Source: an uncultured Flavobacteriaceae bacterium (lineage in GTDB: Bacteria > Bacteroidota > Bacteroidia > AKYH767-A > OLB10). From it: 52,103 nucleotides of DNA. How positions within the stretch are numbered: the stretch's first letter is position 1; every line of letters begins with the position of its first letter. The translations under genes and the position numbers were made by a program. The stretch spans positions 1 through 52,103 of the forward strand of contig CAYWHE010000001.1 in NCBI GenBank assembly GCA_964458125.1, read 5' to 3'. The notes below the pieces were generated by a model. That model saw only the letters and a program-made list of their open reading frames with translations, did no database searches and was not told where the DNA came from. This document shows positions 9,900 through 19,079 of this stretch, piece by piece.

Positions 9900-11453
9900 A
9901 TGTCTATCTTTGCGCCCGTTTCAGGCAAACCAATCAGGCATAACCCTGTTATTGTTCAGAAAAATAATTCCTTGAAAAAGAAAGTACTCCTTATAGGAAG
10001 CGGCCTTGGTTCCCTGGCCACTGCTTTGCGACTGAGTTCCAAAGGTTTTGATGTAGAAATTCTGGAAAAGTATCACCGGGCCGGCGGAAGGCTTAACCTG
10101 GTAGAAAAAGACGGCTTTTATTTCGATATGGGGCCATCCTTTTTCAGCATGAGTTATGAATTCAGGGAGCTTTTTGATTATTGCGGGATTAAAAATCCGC
10201 TTACGCTTATTGAATTAAACCCGTTGTATTCCGTATTTTTTGAAGGCAGGGAAAAACCATTCCTTATATATAAGGACCTGGAAAGACTATCCAAGGAATT
10301 TGCCGGAATTGAAAGCGACATGACCCGGAAAGCCGAAAAATACCTGCAGGCGGCCGGCAGGCTTTTCCATGATACGGAGGATAAGATCATCCGCAGAAAC
10401 TTCAATTCCAAATTTGAGTACCTGATGAGCATGGCAACCGTTCCATTGAAACACGGACCGAAAATGTTCCGAAGCATGTGGAAGGAACTGGAGATGAATT
10501 TCGATTCCAATGAAGTCCGGGTGATTCTTTCCCTGGTTGCCTTTTTCCTCGGGACCACGCCCTTTCATACCCCTGCAGTTTACAGTCTGCTGAATTACAC
10601 GGAACTGAGGCATGACGGTTACTGGAACGTAGGGGGAGGGATGTATAAAATCGTGGAGGAATTGCTCAAATTATTGACAGAACGGAATGTACAGATTCAT
10701 TATCATACCGAAATCAAATCATTTGAGGAACAGGACGGAAAAATCAACGCATTTGTTGACCAGAAGGGAAAGCGCTGGACGGCCGATGTTTATATCGCGA
10801 ATGCCGATGCAGCCTCCTTCCGGGGAGAAATCCTGAACAGGCCGAAGTACAGCCCGGCTAAACTCGACGGTATGGAGTGGACCCTTTCGCCATTCACCAT
10901 CTATCTTGGGGTCAAGGGCCGGCTCGAAAACATTCACCACCACAACTTTTTCCTGGGTACCAATTACCGGGAATATGCCGATGCCATCTTTAAAACATCC
11001 GTAAGCCCCAGGAAGCCCTATTATTATGTCAGCGTGAGTTCCAAATCAAATCCGAACTGCGCCCCGGAAGGTTGCGAGAATGTTTTTATCTTATGTCCGG
11101 TACCGGACATGAGGTTTAAACCGGACTGGAGCGATTCGGAAGAAATGGCCGACAATATCATTTCAGATTTGGGAAAAAGAATTAAATTTGACCTTCATAC
11201 AAATACCGTTACCCGAACCATTATGAACCCGATCGACTGGAAAGATAATTTCAACCTTTACAGGGGCAGCGGCCTGGGACTTGCCCACGGGTTGGGACAG
11301 ATCGGAGGGTTCCGTCCTTCCAACAAGGATGAAGTATTTAAAAATCTCTATTATGTCGGGGCCAGTACCATTCCGGGAACGGGGTTGCCTATTGTTGTCA
11401 TCGGATCCCGTCTGACCACAGAACGTATACTCAAAGACCATGCAGGAGTTTAA
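9900..11453 (+). CDS. crtI: Phytoene desaturase (CrtI family)
   Basis: 517-aa ORF with the FAD dinucleotide-binding motif VLLIGSGLGSLATALRL..G..VEILEK and a CrtI-type C-terminal motif (NLYYVGASTIPGTGLPIVVIGS). The ~24-aa leader before the Rossmann motif suggests a possible alternative TTG start at 9972. Confidence 0.9.
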   Translation: MSIFAPVSGKPIRHNPVIVQKNNSLKKKVLLIGSGLGSLATALRLSSKGFDVEILEKYHRAGGRLNLVEKDGFYFDMGPSFFSMSYEFRELFDYCGIKNPLTLIELNPLYSVFFEGREKPFLIYKDLERLSKEFAGIESDMTRKAEKYLQAAGRLFHDTEDKIIRRNFNSKFEYLMSMATVPLKHGPKMFRSMWKELEMNFDSNEVRVILSLVAFFLGTTPFHTPAVYSLLNYTELRHDGYWNVGGGMYKIVEELLKLLTERNVQIHYHTEIKSFEEQDGKINAFVDQKGKRWTADVYIANADAASFRGEILNRPKYSPAKLDGMEWTLSPFTIYLGVKGRLENIHHHNFFLGTNYREYADAIFKTSVSPRKPYYYVSVSSKSNPNCAPEGCENVFILCPVPDMRFKPDWSDSEEMADNIISDLGKRIKFDLHTNTVTRTIMNPIDWKDNFNLYRGSGLGLAHGLGQIGGFRPSNKDEVFKNLYYVGASTIPGTGLPIVVIGSRLTTERILKDHAGV

Positions 11454-12273
11454 CGACCTTTGTTTTGATCTCAGTAAGGTAATCACCGAGCGTTACAGCA
11501 CTTCTTTCACCAGGGGTATTAAAACCCTGCACAAAAGGTTTCACTATCCCATCTATGCCATATACGGCTTTGTCCGGCTGGCGGATGAAATTGTGGATAC
11601 CTTTCATGATTTCAATAAAAAGGAGTTGCTTGAGCGGTTTAAGGAAGACACCTATCGCGCCATCAGCGAGGGCATCAGTACGAATCCCGTGTTGCAATCC
11701 TTCCAGGAAATTGTGAACAAATACCATATTGAAAAGGAATTGGTCGATGCCTTTTTATACAGCATGGAAATGGACCTTTATAAAAGTCAGTATGACGATT
11801 CCCTCTACAACAAATATATTTACGGTTCAGCCGAAGTAGTCGGGCTCATGTGCCTGCGCGTTTTTTGTGAAAACGATGAAGCCCTCTACGGGCGTATGGT
11901 GGAACCCGCACGCAAACTGGGCGCTGCCTTTCAGAAGGTGAATTTCCTCCGTGACATGAAGAGTGATTTCAAGGAAAGGGGACGCGTGTATTTCCCCGGT
12001 GTGGATTTTGACCATTTCAACAACGAATCGAAGAAAGAAATCGAAGCCGATATCGACCGTGATTTCCGTGCCGCCTATCCCGGGGTAATGGCTCTTCCCA
12101 AAGATGTGCGCCCGGGGGTATATGTGGCCTTTATTTATTACCGGGCCCTGCTGAAAAAAATTCAGAATATGCCGGCTTCCCGGGTAAAACAGGAGCGGAT
12201 AAGGGTACCTGATAATGAGAAGTTTGCACTCCTGCTGAGAACGTATTACCGGTTCGGGCTGTCCCTGTTCTGA
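11440..12273 (+). CDS. crtB: Phytoene synthase (CrtB, squalene/phytoene synthase family)
   Basis: 277-aa ORF with the motifs YAIYGFVRLADEIVD and YIYGSAEVVGLMC, plus AFQKVNFLRDMKSD (Asp-rich substrate sites). It overlaps crtI by 14 nt. Confidence 0.9.
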   Translation: MQEFNDLCFDLSKVITERYSTSFTRGIKTLHKRFHYPIYAIYGFVRLADEIVDTFHDFNKKELLERFKEDTYRAISEGISTNPVLQSFQEIVNKYHIEKELVDAFLYSMEMDLYKSQYDDSLYNKYIYGSAEVVGLMCLRVFCENDEALYGRMVEPARKLGAAFQKVNFLRDMKSDFKERGRVYFPGVDFDHFNNESKKEIEADIDRDFRAAYPGVMALPKDVRPGVYVAFIYYRALLKKIQNMPASRVKQERIRVPDNEKFALLLRTYYRFGLSLF

Positions 12274-12384
12274 TTGAACGGAACAATACCAGAACCGGAT
12301 GCATGCCGGACGGCTTTCAAGGGCAAACTGACAGTATGGAAAGGCCAGATGAAATGATTTTTTAATTGCTTTATTTCAACCTCC

Positions 12385-12999
12385 ATGACAGGAAAAAAGA
12401 ATGACGTTAACCGCATGGATGCTTTAACTGATGGCGTATTTGCCATCGTGGCCACCCTGCTTGTACTCGACATTAAACTTCCTGAATTATCCGAACATGC
12501 CAGCCGGGAAGTACTTATTGCCAGTTTACAAAAGGCACTGCCCTCCTTTATTGCCTTTGCCTTCAGCTTTTTAACGGTCATTATTTACTGGATCAACCAT
12601 GATCACCTGTCGAAATGGGTGAAGGAATACACGCCGCATGTGAAATACCTGAACCTGCTGTACCTCTTCTGGATCTGCCTGATTCCGTTTCCAACCAAAT
12701 TTATCAGCGAATATCCCGGCGAACAGGTGGCGGTACTGACCTACGGCCTTGAATTTTTCATGACGGCCGTGACGGCCAACGTGTTTTATTATTACCTCGC
12801 CTTCCGTACCAAACTGCTTTATGATTCCATCAGCATGAAGACACGGAAAAAATTTTTTTACCGGATATTGGGCGGGCCCGTTCTTTATGGGGTGGCCTGT
12901 CTGAGCAGTTTTATCCATGTAAACCTTTCCATTGCCTTATATATCGCGATACCGCTACTCTTTTTATTTCTGCCAAAGGCTGAATTGCTGGAAGAATAA
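12385..12999 (+). CDS. TMEM175/DUF1211 family membrane protein (putative K+ channel homologue)
   Basis: 204-aa ORF with about 6 hydrophobic segments. The N-terminal signature RMDALTDGVFAIVATLLVLD resembles the R-x3-FSDGVFAIxxTLLxL motif of DUF1211/TMEM175. Confidence 0.75.
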   Translation: MTGKKNDVNRMDALTDGVFAIVATLLVLDIKLPELSEHASREVLIASLQKALPSFIAFAFSFLTVIIYWINHDHLSKWVKEYTPHVKYLNLLYLFWICLIPFPTKFISEYPGEQVAVLTYGLEFFMTAVTANVFYYYLAFRTKLLYDSISMKTRKKFFYRILGGPVLYGVACLSSFIHVNLSIALYIAIPLLFLFLPKAELLEE

Positions 13000-13140
13000 C
13001 AACCTCGGCATTCATCTATAGCATTTTTTCTTGGTTTTATTATTTCAATCCATTATTTTTGATCTTGTCTTGGCATGGAGGGATTTATTCTTTTTTATGC
13101 CTATCCGACAGAGGCCAACGTCAGTCAATAATTTTTTCAC

Positions 13141-13686
13141 ATGATAGCTGAAACCAAAACCGCTGTTTCCCTTCGGGCATGGAGCCTTCAGGATTTACCG
13201 AACCTGGTGAAGTATGCCAACAATCCGAAAATTGCAGGCAATCTGACCAACCGGTTTCCTTCACCTTACACCAAATTTGATGGTAATGACTTCATTGAGG
13301 CCGCACATCATCACCACCCCACCCAGCTTTTTGCCATTGATTTCCATGGTGAGGCCGTAGGATCTATCGGTATTTTCCCGCAGGAAGACATTCACTGCCT
13401 GAATGCGGAAATCGGGTATTGGATTGCCGAACCACATTGGGGAAAAGGACTGGGGACTGAGGCCATACGGTTGATGGTTGATTATGGATTTAAGACCTGG
13501 CCGGTAACCCGGATTTATGCCCGTCCTTTTGGACACAACCACGCTTCTCACCGGGTGCTGGAAAAAGCCGGCTTTTTACTCGAAGGCAGGTTCAACCAGA
13601 TCCTGTTAAAGAACGGAGACGTGCTGGATGAACTGATCTATGCTATCCGGAAAAACAAGCAGACCAAACCCGATCGCCCGTTTTAG
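13141..13686 (+). CDS. GNAT family N-acetyltransferase (RimJ/RimL-like)
   Basis: 181-aa ORF. It has an acetyl-CoA motif region (WGKGLGTEAIRLMVDYGF) and NHASHRVLEKAGFLLEG, typical of the Acetyltransf_3 group. Confidence 0.85.
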   Translation: MIAETKTAVSLRAWSLQDLPNLVKYANNPKIAGNLTNRFPSPYTKFDGNDFIEAAHHHHPTQLFAIDFHGEAVGSIGIFPQEDIHCLNAEIGYWIAEPHWGKGLGTEAIRLMVDYGFKTWPVTRIYARPFGHNHASHRVLEKAGFLLEGRFNQILLKNGDVLDELIYAIRKNKQTKPDRPF

Positions 13687-13966
13687 ACGGCCTTTCCGTA
13701 CCTTTTCGCCACCGCTTTGCACAACCTGAAAGAGGGTCACTGTTCCTTGCAGCTGATTTCCGGAACTGTTTTTTGGGATTCCGGGAAATTGTGTTCACTG
13801 GAAATACCCTTACGTGAATAAAATTCATTTAAAACCTTGACCGGAACGCGTATACAGGCGGGCCAAATTCTTACTTTTACCGCCGCCCAGATTTCTGACC
13901 GGTACCCGGAGGATTCATTCGGAAATTGGAGATAAATTAGTAACCACAACAACTTTCCAGAAACAG

Positions 13967-14401
13967 GTGATCAACATCAGGCAGGCAAACCGGGATGATC
14001 TCCCCGGACGAACCTTGTTATTGGAGTCCTATCGCGATTTTTTCGGGATGCCGGCTGATGCCTCCTCGGCGGCATCTTTTCCGGGGGAACGCATGAACAA
14101 CGGGGAGTCTGTCATTTTTGCAACGGAAGAAAAGGGCCATCCTTCCGGATTTGCCCGGTTATGCCCGTTATTTTCCTCCATGCCCCTGAACAGGTTATGG
14201 CGCTTCAGAGACCTGTTTGCGAGAGCAGAAGAAAGAAGAAAAGGTATTTCCGTCAGACTGACTGATTCGTGTATTGAATTGTGCGGGCATAGGAGTGCAG
14301 GGGGCCTGTTGCTGGAAAAAGCTGAAAACAATCTCCCGGGTAAGAGGCATTACCGGAAAACAGGCTTCACCTGTGACGATACATATCATTATTATTCCTG
14401 A
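13967..14401 (+). CDS. Divergent GNAT-like acetyltransferase (GTG start; possibly decaying)
   Basis: 144-aa ORF collinear with small GNATs (RQA..DDL....L...Y..F.G.PAD......F...R...GESVIF....G...GFA.L.P.FSS....R.W...DLF). The core acetyl-CoA motif is degenerate (RRKGISVRL instead of R-x-x-G-x-G/A) and several core hydrophobic positions are charged. Confidence 0.5.
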   Translation: MINIRQANRDDLPGRTLLLESYRDFFGMPADASSAASFPGERMNNGESVIFATEEKGHPSGFARLCPLFSSMPLNRLWRFRDLFARAEERRKGISVRLTDSCIELCGHRSAGGLLLEKAENNLPGKRHYRKTGFTCDDTYHYYS

Positions 14402-14477
14402 AACCCAGGCCATCTGACCCTGTGATCCGTTACACCACAGCTGATTCCGGTATTAAGAATTCATTGTTATCCCTATC

Positions 14478-15761
14478 TTGCCAAACTGTATGGGCCAGCT
14501 TTCCGCGTTAAAAGAACGTTTCCTCCGTTTCTGGAAGAAATCCGGGCCCGGTTTAATCACGGGAGCCAGCGATGATGATCCTTCCGGCATAGCTACCTAT
14601 TCCCAGGCCGGAGCGAGATTCGGATATTCATTTCTCTGGACGGCACTGCTTACTTTTCCCCTGATGATTAGTATGCAGAAAATGTGCGCCCGCATCGGAC
14701 TGGTCACTTCACATGGCCTGACCGCCATTTTGAAAAAAAATTATCCCAGACCTGTATTATGGCTAATGGTGCTGTTCAGCTTTCCTTCCATCATTATGAA
14801 CATTGGTGCCGACCTTGCCGGTATGGGCGCAGTTGCCACCATGCTGGCGCCGAGGATTCCTGCCTACCTGTTCTCGTTATTTTTTACCGTTCTGATCGTT
14901 TTCCTTATCATACGACTTTCCTATTTTAAAATTGCCAGGGTTTTAAAGTGGTTGTGCCTCGTCCTTTTTTGTTATCTGATTGTGCCTTTTTTTTCGAAAC
15001 CGGATTTCCTGGACGTGCTGAAAAATACTTTCATCCCCACCATTAAATTTAACAGGGAATTCCTGTTGGCGCTGGTCGGAATCTTCGGCACCACCATCTC
15101 TCCCTACCTGTTCTTCTGGCAGACCAATATGGAAGCTGAGGAAATTACACACCGGAAACTTGTTGTCGATAAAACGATCATACATGACATGGAACTGGAT
15201 GTGAATTCGGGCATCTTTTTCTCCAACCTTGTTTTTTATTTCATCATTCTCACCACCGGAAGTGTATTATTTAATGCCGGCCTTCACAACATTGAAACCG
15301 TTGATGAAGCCGCCCTGGCTCTGAAACCCCTGGTTGGCGATGGTTCTTACCTGCTCTTTGCGCTGGGCGTGATCGGTACAGGCCTGCTGGCCATTCCCGT
15401 CCTGGCCGGTTCCCTTTCGTATATGCTCTCGGAAGTGTTTAACTGGCAGGAGGGCCTGGATAAAAAATTTCATGAAGCCAGAGGCTTTTACCTCGTGGTG
15501 ATCCTGTCCATGATGGTGGCTTTCCTGATCAATTTCACAGGACTGAGTCCCGTGAATGCCTTGATTTATACGGCTGTCCTGTATGGCATCACGGCCCCTG
15601 TACTCATCGGCATTATCCTGCATATCTGCAACAACAGGAATATCATGGGAAACTATGTCAATACCCGAAGAGACAATTTCACCGGGTTCTTCACGCTGTT
15701 GCTCATGGGTGTTTCTGCCATTGTATTGTTGTGGCTAATATTTACGGGAGGATGGCGATAG
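14478..15761 (+). CDS. NRAMP-family divalent metal cation transporter
   Basis: 427-aa polytopic membrane ORF with the NRAMP N-terminal signature GPGLITGASDDDPSGIATYSQAGA. The ORF opens at TTG 14478; the first ATG is at 14490, in frame. Confidence 0.85.
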   Translation: MPNCMGQLSALKERFLRFWKKSGPGLITGASDDDPSGIATYSQAGARFGYSFLWTALLTFPLMISMQKMCARIGLVTSHGLTAILKKNYPRPVLWLMVLFSFPSIIMNIGADLAGMGAVATMLAPRIPAYLFSLFFTVLIVFLIIRLSYFKIARVLKWLCLVLFCYLIVPFFSKPDFLDVLKNTFIPTIKFNREFLLALVGIFGTTISPYLFFWQTNMEAEEITHRKLVVDKTIIHDMELDVNSGIFFSNLVFYFIILTTGSVLFNAGLHNIETVDEAALALKPLVGDGSYLLFALGVIGTGLLAIPVLAGSLSYMLSEVFNWQEGLDKKFHEARGFYLVVILSMMVAFLINFTGLSPVNALIYTAVLYGITAPVLIGIILHICNNRNIMGNYVNTRRDNFTGFFTLLLMGVSAIVLLWLIFTGGWR

Positions 15762-15825
15762 TAAAACACATACAGGCCTTTAATTGGTTCAGTAAAAATT
15801 TTCTACCCGTACACTCCGGATGCGG

Positions 15826-16113
15826 TTATTGATAGACCAGCCCATCTGAGGGCAACACAAAAACAATCATTCCCGCATGAAGGATTTTGAATAAGTTCAA
15901 CAGATTACAACCTGACGGATTATTTACCTCCATATGAACCGGACCATTTATTTCAGATTCAGAATTTATCAAAACTGTTGATTTTGCAGGTTTGGGTTTG
16001 GTTTTCAGATACGTAATCATGGATTTTACAACCCTTGAAGGGCTTGAGGCATTGCACGCAGAGACGGATGAAAATGCAGCCAGCATAAGGGTGCTGGCGT
16101 CATTTATTTTCAA
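15826..16113 (-). CDS. Orphan hypothetical small protein (doubtful)
   Basis: This 95-aa ORF is the only ORF of that size in an AT-rich ~530-nt gap. I recognise no motif. A weak lipoprotein-like N-terminus (LAAFSSVSAC) is the only supporting feature. Confidence 0.2.
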   Translation of the reverse strand: MKINDASTLMLAAFSSVSACNASSPSRVVKSMITYLKTKPKPAKSTVLINSESEINGPVHMEVNNPSGCNLLNLFKILHAGMIVFVLPSDGLVYQ

Positions 16114-16293
16114 TTATTGATTGACTTTCAAACCAGGAATTGACTTCAGGAAAAGGTTCACCTGCTTCATTCACTTACTTTTTCAGATTAACGGGGTTTA
16201 AACTATTTCCAAAACGACCCCTCCTGCAGAATGGCTGTTTATGGTTTTCGGTGGAACAAATTTTTTTTATACTGATTCGTCTGCAAAGAAAAT

Positions 16294-16938
16294 TCAGCAG
16301 GGTTCAGCCTGGATTACCTGTAAAATTTTTTTCGGCACCTTCCAAATAAAGCGGTAGGGCAACCCTGCATCCGCACCGGCATATTCAACACCTATTCTCG
16401 GACCTGCAGTGATCTCTTCAGAAGCGGGCGACAGACCCCGGTCTTCCAGCCAGATTTCATTTCCTGCCAGGCTGATTCCGGAATGTGTGTAGTGAATGCC
16501 GAGGGCCTGCGAAACTGTGCCCGGTCCACCACTGAACGATTTACCCGTCATTGCAGTATTTCTCCGCTTCATCATCACCTCAAGTCCATGAGTGGGAACA
16601 AGGGCCCTGACCAGGATGGCATGGGGGGTATCCCGTTTGCTGGTGACGATATTAAACAGGGAGTGTATGCCGTAACAAAGGTACACATACGCTGTACCAC
16701 CGGCTGCATACATGATTTCCGTCCGGCTTGTCCGACGGTTTCCGTAAGCATGGGAGGCCCTGTCCGTCACGCCTTCATAGGCCTCCGTTTCGGTAATAAT
16801 GCCTCCCGTCAGGAATCCCTGGAAGGAGGTAAATAAATATTTACCAAGAACGGACTGAGCCAGCCGGACAACATTTTCCTCTTCATAAAAGGATTTGGGC
16901 AATTTCATAGGGAAATTGGGTTCAACGATTCGGGACAT
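16294..16938 (-). CDS. DNA-3-methyladenine glycosylase (MPG/AAG family)
   Basis: 214-aa ORF with the motifs LAQSVLGKYL, IITETEAYEG..DRASHAY, RT.RTEIMY..GGTAYVYLCYGIH..FNIVT and GPG.V.QALGI, typical of Pfam Pur_DNA_glyco. Confidence 0.9.
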   Translation of the reverse strand: MSRIVEPNFPMKLPKSFYEEENVVRLAQSVLGKYLFTSFQGFLTGGIITETEAYEGVTDRASHAYGNRRTSRTEIMYAAGGTAYVYLCYGIHSLFNIVTSKRDTPHAILVRALVPTHGLEVMMKRRNTAMTGKSFSGGPGTVSQALGIHYTHSGISLAGNEIWLEDRGLSPASEEITAGPRIGVEYAGADAGLPYRFIWKVPKKILQVIQAEPC

Positions 16939-16962
16939 GGGCCGGAAATCATTCTAAAAAAA

Positions 16963-18867
16963 TCAATCCACCCATTCCAGTTCCTGTTTACCGGTATAAC
17001 GGAGGTTTTCGTTATCCAGCAGCCACTGAATAATTTTCAGGGTTTTGTCCTCATTACCCGCCTTAACCGTATTGACCAGTTCTGTCAGGGGCAGGTGCTT
17101 CTGCAGCACGGCCATTTTAATTTTATCCCGGATTCCTTTAAACTCCATTTCATTCAGATCAAGTTTATTCCGGCTGCGGCAATAATCACATATCCCGCAA
17201 CGGTGTTCGGTATGTTCCCCGAAATACTGTAACAATAGCTGGCTGCGGCATTCATGCCTGGAGGTGATGTAGTGAATCATGGCGTTGACCTTATGCTCCG
17301 CCCTCTTTTTTCGTTGCTCCAGGTTGTCCCGGCTGATCCTGATCCGGTCTGCATCCTCGCGGGGGAGGGTCAGAATCAGTTGCGGAATTTCCTTTTTAGG
17401 AAGGTATTTCAGTATATCTACTTTTTCCAGGTACCGGAGCGAGCGGATCACCCCGTCCGCATTCATGCCACAGCGCCTGGCAATATCGTGTTCCTGAATG
17501 GAAACAAAATCATCAAACAACCCCTCATAGGATCTCAGCAGCACTTTGATAAAATGATCGTAACCCGCCTGCCGGACCTGGAAATTATACAGGTCATTGC
17601 CGTTAACCGTAATTTTTATTTTGGACTGCATGGCCACGGCATCACTCATCACCAGGTATCCTTCCATTTCCAGCAGCCGAAGGCAGTTAAACGTTTTCAT
17701 CGTTTTCAGTTTGTACTGCTCACAAAAGGCCTGGAGGGTGAAATCATAACTCACACCCATGCCGCTTCCAATGGGCACCTGCAGATAATTCGCCAATGCC
17801 TGGTACACCTGTTTGATTTCAGCCAGCGGAGGAAAGCTTTGTTCCAGGTTTGCATACAGGTTGTCAATATCCAGCTGCTGGTATAACAGTACCGCATAAG
17901 CTGTCTTTTCATCTCGCCCGGCACGCCCGGCTTCCTGGTAATACGATTCCGGGTTGTCAGGAACGTCAAAATGAATGACCCAGCGCACATCGGGCTTGTC
18001 GATTCCCATCCCAAATGCATTGGTGGCCACCATGGCGCGTACCTTCCCTTGCAGCCACTCCTCCTGTTTTTTATTGCGTTGGGCCTGTTCCAGCCCGGCG
18101 TGGTAATCATGTGCCGGGACCTGGTGGTATTCCAAAAATTCAGCCAGCTCCCGCGTTTTTCTCCGGCTTTTCACATACACGATGCCTGACCCGGGGACAC
18201 CCCTGATAATATTGAGCATGCGTGTAAATTTATCTTCTTCGTAAAAAACCACATAGGTCAGATTTTTACGTTCAAAGCTTTTCTGGAATATAATTTTTTT
18301 CCGGAAGTGCAGTTTTTCCATGATGTCAGCCTGTACATCCGGTGTTGCCGAAGCGGTCAGTGCCATCACCGGAACCTTCGGATGCAACTCGCGAATGGCG
18401 GCAACCTGGAGGTATGGAGGACGGAAATCATATCCCCACTGTGATATGCAATGCGCTTCGTCTACGGCAATCAGGCATACCTTCATCCGGGCGATGCGTT
18501 GTCTGGCCAGGTCGGTCACCAGCCTTTCGGGTGACAGGTATAAAAACTTGACGGCTCCATGCACGCAATTATCAAAAGCAACATCCACCTCTTCGGCCCG
18601 CATGCCGCTGAAAATAGCTTGTGCCCGTATTCCCTTTTTCTTCAGATTTTCTACCTGGTCCTTCATCAAGGCAATCAGGGGGGATATCACCAGGCATACC
18701 CCGTCTGTGAGCATGGCCGGCACCTGGAAACAAACAGACTTTCCTCCCCCTGTGGGTAATAGAGCAAGGGTATCATTTCCCTGCAGTACGGAAGCTATAA
18801 TATCTTCCTGCAGGGGCCTGAAATGGGAATGACCCCAATATTGCCTTAAAATGGATAATGGATTCAT
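16963..18867 (-). CDS. recQ: RecQ-family ATP-dependent DNA helicase
   Basis: 634-aa ORF with FRPLQEDII, Walker A LPTGGGKS, DEAH box (AVDEAHCISQWGYDFRPPY), motif VATNAFGMGIDKPDVR, YYQEAGRAGRD, and a Cys-rich zinc module (CRSQ...CGICDYC). Confidence 0.92.
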   Translation of the reverse strand: MNPLSILRQYWGHSHFRPLQEDIIASVLQGNDTLALLPTGGGKSVCFQVPAMLTDGVCLVISPLIALMKDQVENLKKKGIRAQAIFSGMRAEEVDVAFDNCVHGAVKFLYLSPERLVTDLARQRIARMKVCLIAVDEAHCISQWGYDFRPPYLQVAAIRELHPKVPVMALTASATPDVQADIMEKLHFRKKIIFQKSFERKNLTYVVFYEEDKFTRMLNIIRGVPGSGIVYVKSRRKTRELAEFLEYHQVPAHDYHAGLEQAQRNKKQEEWLQGKVRAMVATNAFGMGIDKPDVRWVIHFDVPDNPESYYQEAGRAGRDEKTAYAVLLYQQLDIDNLYANLEQSFPPLAEIKQVYQALANYLQVPIGSGMGVSYDFTLQAFCEQYKLKTMKTFNCLRLLEMEGYLVMSDAVAMQSKIKITVNGNDLYNFQVRQAGYDHFIKVLLRSYEGLFDDFVSIQEHDIARRCGMNADGVIRSLRYLEKVDILKYLPKKEIPQLILTLPREDADRIRISRDNLEQRKKRAEHKVNAMIHYITSRHECRSQLLLQYFGEHTEHRCGICDYCRSRNKLDLNEMEFKGIRDKIKMAVLQKHLPLTELVNTVKAGNEDKTLKIIQWLLDNENLRYTGKQELEWVD

Positions 18868-19079
18868 GAATATTTATACAGGTCGACAGCCATTCCGGAT
18901 TAACTGCTCATGCGGGCTATTCATTAGCAGACCGCTTATGATGGACTGAATTATAACCGGATCCTGTCCATTGTCATCATCCGGTTGATCCCCTTAAACG
19001 GAGACCGTCACCACGGTATGGTCCCTGGATTATAAAGTTACTTCGCCTGCAGCGGAAAGGCAGAACAATTGACCTGTGC

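Noticed and set aside
16019-16120. 33-aa plus-strand ORF (MDFTTLEGLEALHAETDENAASIRVLASFIFNY) in the AT-rich gap
   Set aside because: It is too short, has no recognisable motif or obvious ribosome-binding context, and overlaps the equally weak 95-aa minus-strand ORF. It is kept only as a note within the gap finding.
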